Shown one piece after another: positions 62,865-64,000 of a stretch of DNA of 64,000 bases (position 1 is the first letter of the stretch; each line of letters opens with the position of its first letter). Below the pieces are notes generated by a model. That model did not search any database and had not been told where the DNA came from. It saw only the letters and a list, made by a program, of their open reading frames with translations. The stretch spans positions 34,410,001-34,474,000 of the forward strand of contig NC_042998.1 in the NCBI RefSeq assembly GCF_006345805.1, in the 5' to 3' direction. The position numbers were made by a program, and so were the translations under genes. This DNA comes from Octopus sinensis. Lineage: Eukaryota.

Positions 62865-64000
62865 GTGTGTATGACTCATTTTTAATATTGACTTCTATAG
62901 CTGTTGTTTACTTTTGTTTTTTTAATCAAAAGTTTAAAAAAATGACTTTGTGATGAAATGAACATGTCTTGTAAATGCATAAGGCCTGGACTCTTTGCAG
63001 TTGACGAAATTATTGATGATGTATTCATTGTTTGGACACAGAGTTTGCCCTTTTGCAGACAGAGAGAGAGATATGGACAATCACATAAAGTGAAAGTTGT
63101 GAGGAAAGTAGCCATTCAGGGGAACAAATACAGTAATTGGGAGATGGGCCCATTATTGTTATTCTTCTGAATGTTTTTTTGTGATTCTGTCCATTAATTT
63201 GCCTGCAATTATTACTCTTGGGTTGTGTATGCAACTATTTATATTTCTCTCAGGTAAAGTTTGACACAGGGTCCCAAGTGTGAGAGGGTTAAGCCTCTTC
63301 ATGCAGGATTCAAATCTCATTGGGGGTTCACTTCCGCCAGTCCAGAGTTAAATAAGTAACGGGGTCAATTGTATACATTACATTTGAAATTCTCATGACC
63401 AGCTAAAGAAATATTTGTGTATTATGGTAAATTACCAGCATCCACCATAATACTTCCTTTTCTTTTCTTTTTTTTTTTTTTCACTAAGGAAACTAAAGTT
63501 GGAAGATTAACAATCTTTGCCAAAGTCTGCGAGGCAGTGTCTAAAAATGTTTTTGCTTATGAACTGAGTACGGGCAATTAACTCAACAACCTTTGTGCAA
63601 TTTATCTCTTTAATTTTTATTGGTTCCAGCCAATAGACTGTGGTCATGCTGGAGCTCTGATGTTTCCTTATCAATTTTATTTCTATGTAAAATCAATACC
63701 TCCAACAAATAGAAAAAGAAAGAAGATAGAAAGCCAAAAGTCAATTCTGTCTGTTCCAGATATAATTTAGTGTTCTTAAATGACCAGTAGATTCTGTTCT
63801 TTTGGTTTTCCTTTTCTTCAAATTAACCAAATCTAAACCAAATCTAATTAATCCTTTGCCATAGTATGAAAAGGCATTGGGAGATTTCTGTCCAAGCACA
63901 TAATTAACTTCCCTCATGATTCATAAGTTCAAATTTTACTAAATCCACAATAATCAGTCATCTTGCATCTTAACCCCACCCCACAGCCATTGACCCTCAT

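Noticed and set aside
63240-63260. tttctctcag|gtaaag possible recursive splice site
   Set aside because: A single short motif expected by chance in 64 kb.

Overview
AT-rich eukaryotic (animal) DNA dominated by transposon remnants. The SINE/LINE/MITE repertoire looks like a coleoid cephalopod (Octopus-like); this assignment is from pattern recognition, not a database search. There is no intact long CDS: nearly all ORF-track entries are microsatellite, SINE or decayed LINE frames. The window is probably intronic to a + strand gene, with one well-bounded 42-nt exon at 51559-51600 and weaker candidates. Identifiable content: tRNA-derived SINE families (CORE-like, Nin-domain), many (GAT)n-tailed RTE 3' ends, RTE/CR1/R4-Dong LINE fragments, a TTAA piggyBac-type MITE (8 copies, one with a paralogous empty site), mariner/hAT/Helitron remnants and a CpG-decayed 18S rRNA fragment. 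Most notable is a set of short, non-coding elements, probably Penelope-like, in (TA)n/(TAA)n or AT-rich sites. Several carry minimal type-I hammerhead ribozyme folds with three different compensatory 3-8 core pairs (C-G, U-A, G-C). Many end in fold-back inverted duplications, and seven share a covarying terminal stem-loop plus a TGGCC(T)AGCAT motif. Repeat boundaries were read by eye and are approximate unless a TSD or TIR is quoted.
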